Below, piece by piece: positions 61,235 through 64,000 of a stretch of 64,000 nucleotides of DNA. The stretch's first letter is position 1; each line of letters starts with the position of its first letter. Where the stretch lies: contig OZ076409.1 in NCBI GenBank assembly GCA_964187785.1, positions 53,508,001-53,572,000 of the forward strand. The letters run 5' to 3'. The DNA comes from Amphiscolops sp. MND2022 (lineage: Eukaryota). The notes beneath the pieces are model-generated. The model ran no database searches. It worked only from the letters and a program-made list of their open reading frames with translations, and had not been told where the DNA came from. The position numbers and the translations under genes are program-made.

Positions 61235-62415
61235 TCGTCTTGGGAAGCTTTCCCTAGCGGTTTTTAAAAGATCTGGCCCCCTGGTAATCAGCGCCAAGCC
61301 CGTTTCGACTCTGAAGAAGGAGAGAGAAGGAGAGTTTTGCCCTTTTTTAGTCGTGTGACATTCTACTGGAACTGGGAGAGGCGTTGAACCAGAGGAAACC
61401 CGAAAAAATCACGTTTTCAGGTGCGAAAATGGTATTTTTAGGTGTTTTGGAAGGAAATCGATATTTTTGTGTGATGTGTTGTGTGCCCATCAGCGGGTAT
61501 CTTTTTGCAGGTGCTGAAGACCGTAGCACGTGGCTACGGGTGTTTAACAGGTTTTGCAAGCTATTTTCAGCCATTTTATGCCATGCAAGAGGGTGACTGG
61601 TGGATGGCTGACCATGAACCAGCGAGGCGAAGGGGGAGTCAAATTGTGTGTTGCCTACTTCCTACTCCCATTTCTCGTGGAGACGTCCTAGAGGTATGGT
61701 TTTTGGTGGACAGCAAGTGCAATTGCAGACGATGCCAATGGTCTAAACCGCGTGTCTCTATCTGGTCTGGATGTGGAGAAAAAGCGTGGTGAAGGTGCAC
61801 CCCATGTGACCGGACGCGTCGCTCAAATGGCTCATGGTCGGTGAAATTTTTGAAAATGCACCTTTTTCGACGGGGAATCGTTGGTGCAGGTCAGTAATGT
61901 TTTATTGTAGATGTAACGACACCCTACGAAGTGCTTTTCTGTAAAAAAGATAGCACTTGCGTGAAAAAACCCTGATTTTGCGTTTTTTTCGTGTTTTTCG
62001 TGGTTTTGAGCACTTGTGCTCAGCGGAGCCAGGAAAACTTCGTGAAAAGTGTTGTAAAAAGCAGCTGCAAGGCTCGAGAAAGCTAGTACGAGGCACAGAA
62101 GGCCGTAATTTTGCCTTTGGTTGTGATAAAAGTGCCGATCTAGCACCAGAAAATTGCAAAAAAGTGGAATTTTGACCAAAATGGCACCCAGAAACACAGG
62201 CGTACACTGGTGTAGAAGTATGAAAAAGCAGTGTACGGTGTTTTGTCAAGCGTAGTAAACCCACAGGACACTAACTGTAACTTTTACAGCGGATTCAGGC
62301 AGCCTGGGGCTGACACGGTGCAAAAAACCGGTAATTTAAGGTGTTTTTAGGCATAGAAAGTGCATTGTCTGAAAGTCTTGAGGGTGAAGCTTAGTGGACC
62401 AGAGCGAGTTTGAAC

Positions 62416-62689
62416 GCTCTTGTTTTCTGTTCTAGCAATAAAAATAGCGCATTGTGGTGAAAACCGCGTGCAAAAACTCCTTTTCAGTGTTGAGAAAAGT
62501 GGAAAAACCTTGATTTTTAGTCAGTTTCAGGAGTGTCTGAGTACACAATTAAAACCCCTTGGGCACTCTGTCTTTTTGTTAGCTAGGAGCTTCCGCGCTC
62601 TCATTTTCTGTTTTTATAATAAAAATAACGCATTGTGGTGAAAACCGCGTGCAAAAACTCCCATTCAGTGCTGAGAAAAGTGGAAAAAC
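62416..62689 (+). repeat. Two ~95-bp direct repeats, 180 bp apart
   Basis: GCATTGTGGTGAAAACCGCGTGCAAAAACTCC..TTCAGTG.TGAGAAAAGTGGAAAAAC occurs twice. Confidence 0.85.
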
Positions 62690-64000
62690 GCACTGGATTT
62701 GATCAATTTTCCACAAAACCGGACTGTCTCTGAGTTAGGGTCGGGTCATCGATTCCTGAACCCTAGCCAAAAAGTGGTTGCATTTTCGTAATCACCACAA
62801 AATTTAACGTTAGTGCCGAAAATTTGGTGGGCGTATCGTTGCCCAAAGTTGAGAAAAGCTCTCTGACGTTTTAACTCCAGAGAAGCTGAAAAAGCCGAAA
62901 AAATCCAAAACTGCAGGACTGTCAGTGCCTTATATCCAACGGGCACAACCAATTGAGGGTTTGTCCCAGTGCTACAGATAGTGGGGCAACACGTTGGTCC
63001 CATTTTGTCCGCCGTATCACTTTCTGAGGTGATCCTATTCGTCGATTTGTGAAAAAAGTCGTCAAAAACAGTGTTTTTTCGTGTACAACGTACATAGTGG
63101 GTCGGAACTTCAAATAAGCGCTTGCGCTTCAATTCGACCATATCAGCGGCATTGTAGGTGCCCTTTGGCATAAACTACCAAGTTTGGTGCCGATCTGTGC
63201 GATACTTGTCGAGAAAATAGGAAAAACGCGGCGCCCAAAAAGGTGTGCAAAAAGGCAGTTTTTTCTTAAATTTTCCGAGTAACCCGGGCACCTTAGCCAA
63301 CGGGTGGGGCCATATTGTAGCCCACCATCGTAACCTGTGCTAGTTCCTACGTCGTTGCAGAGAATTTGAGCTTGCTAGCTTTTTTCAGTGGACCGCAATC
63401 TTGAAAAAGACGTGAAAAACAGTGTATCCCGGTACATAGTGGTACCGCACGTCTGCACTTAGGTGAAACTGTGTAGAAGGGGTGCAGCTCAATTCTGTGT
63501 TTATTTTCGTAAACCTACACGTACCTAAGATCTGCTGGTCAATTTTGGGCTTGATACAGCGCCTCCAGCGCACACACGAGCCTCTTGAGTGTTGTAGTGC
63601 AAATTTTGGAAAATCCAAAAAATCTTTGAAATTCTTCCTGTGAGTGACCGGAGACGTTTTGCCCTGAACCAGGTTGATTTTCTGGCCCAGTGTGCTTGTG
63701 GAAAAGCGCTGTGCAAATTTGAACAGCCTACGAGCCTTAAAACGTATTTCGAGAAATTTGGGACGTTGCGAAACAGTCAAATTTCTTAAGTCCACACCGA
63801 GACGAGCCTAGAGCTAACAGCGACTCGACAAATCCCGCGTTCTTCGAGGCTTCTTTAAAGGCTACGTCCGAATCGTTGACACCTGCTCTGCCATTGGCAT
63901 CGTGTGTAATGGTCCTACCAGGCCTGGAAAAGCTTGACATGAGTTCGCAGTCATGGGTGACCATAGGATCCACAATGGACGGTTCGCATTTTTCAGACGA

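Overview
This is AT-rich, repeat-dense eukaryotic (animal-like) genomic DNA with no prokaryotic gene organisation; most of the short ORFs in the track are noise or transposon debris. (1) 597-11599: an intact Ty3/Gypsy element with a single 2998-aa gag-pol ORF, a PPT and a 722-bp 3' LTR (the 5' LTR is outside the window). The polyprotein is unusually elaborate: a degenerate protease copy before the active one, a dUTPase-like segment, RT-RH-IN, an AT-hook/Cys motif and one or two C-terminal TARG1/Poa1-like macrodomains. (2) 15939-24473 (-): a spliced Cys-loop (nAChR-like) gene for which only signal-peptide and ligand-binding-domain exons are found, ending in stops. (3) In one of its introns, a 2.1-kb solo LTR (TSD TCCTT) with an array of about 15 CATC-N7-CATC units and an ORF that runs off the LTR end. 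(4) A 316-bp near-perfect palindrome and a roughly 6-kb tandem segmental duplication with lineage-specific insertions. (5) A decayed minus-strand Gypsy, a decayed Mag-like Gypsy whose 5' LTR is split by a near full-length LINE, and the 5' LTR, PBS and long leader of another LTR element at the right edge. (6) Many non-autonomous CACTA-like, Helentron-associated and piggyBac-like elements. All domain calls are from motif reading by eye; no database searches were run.
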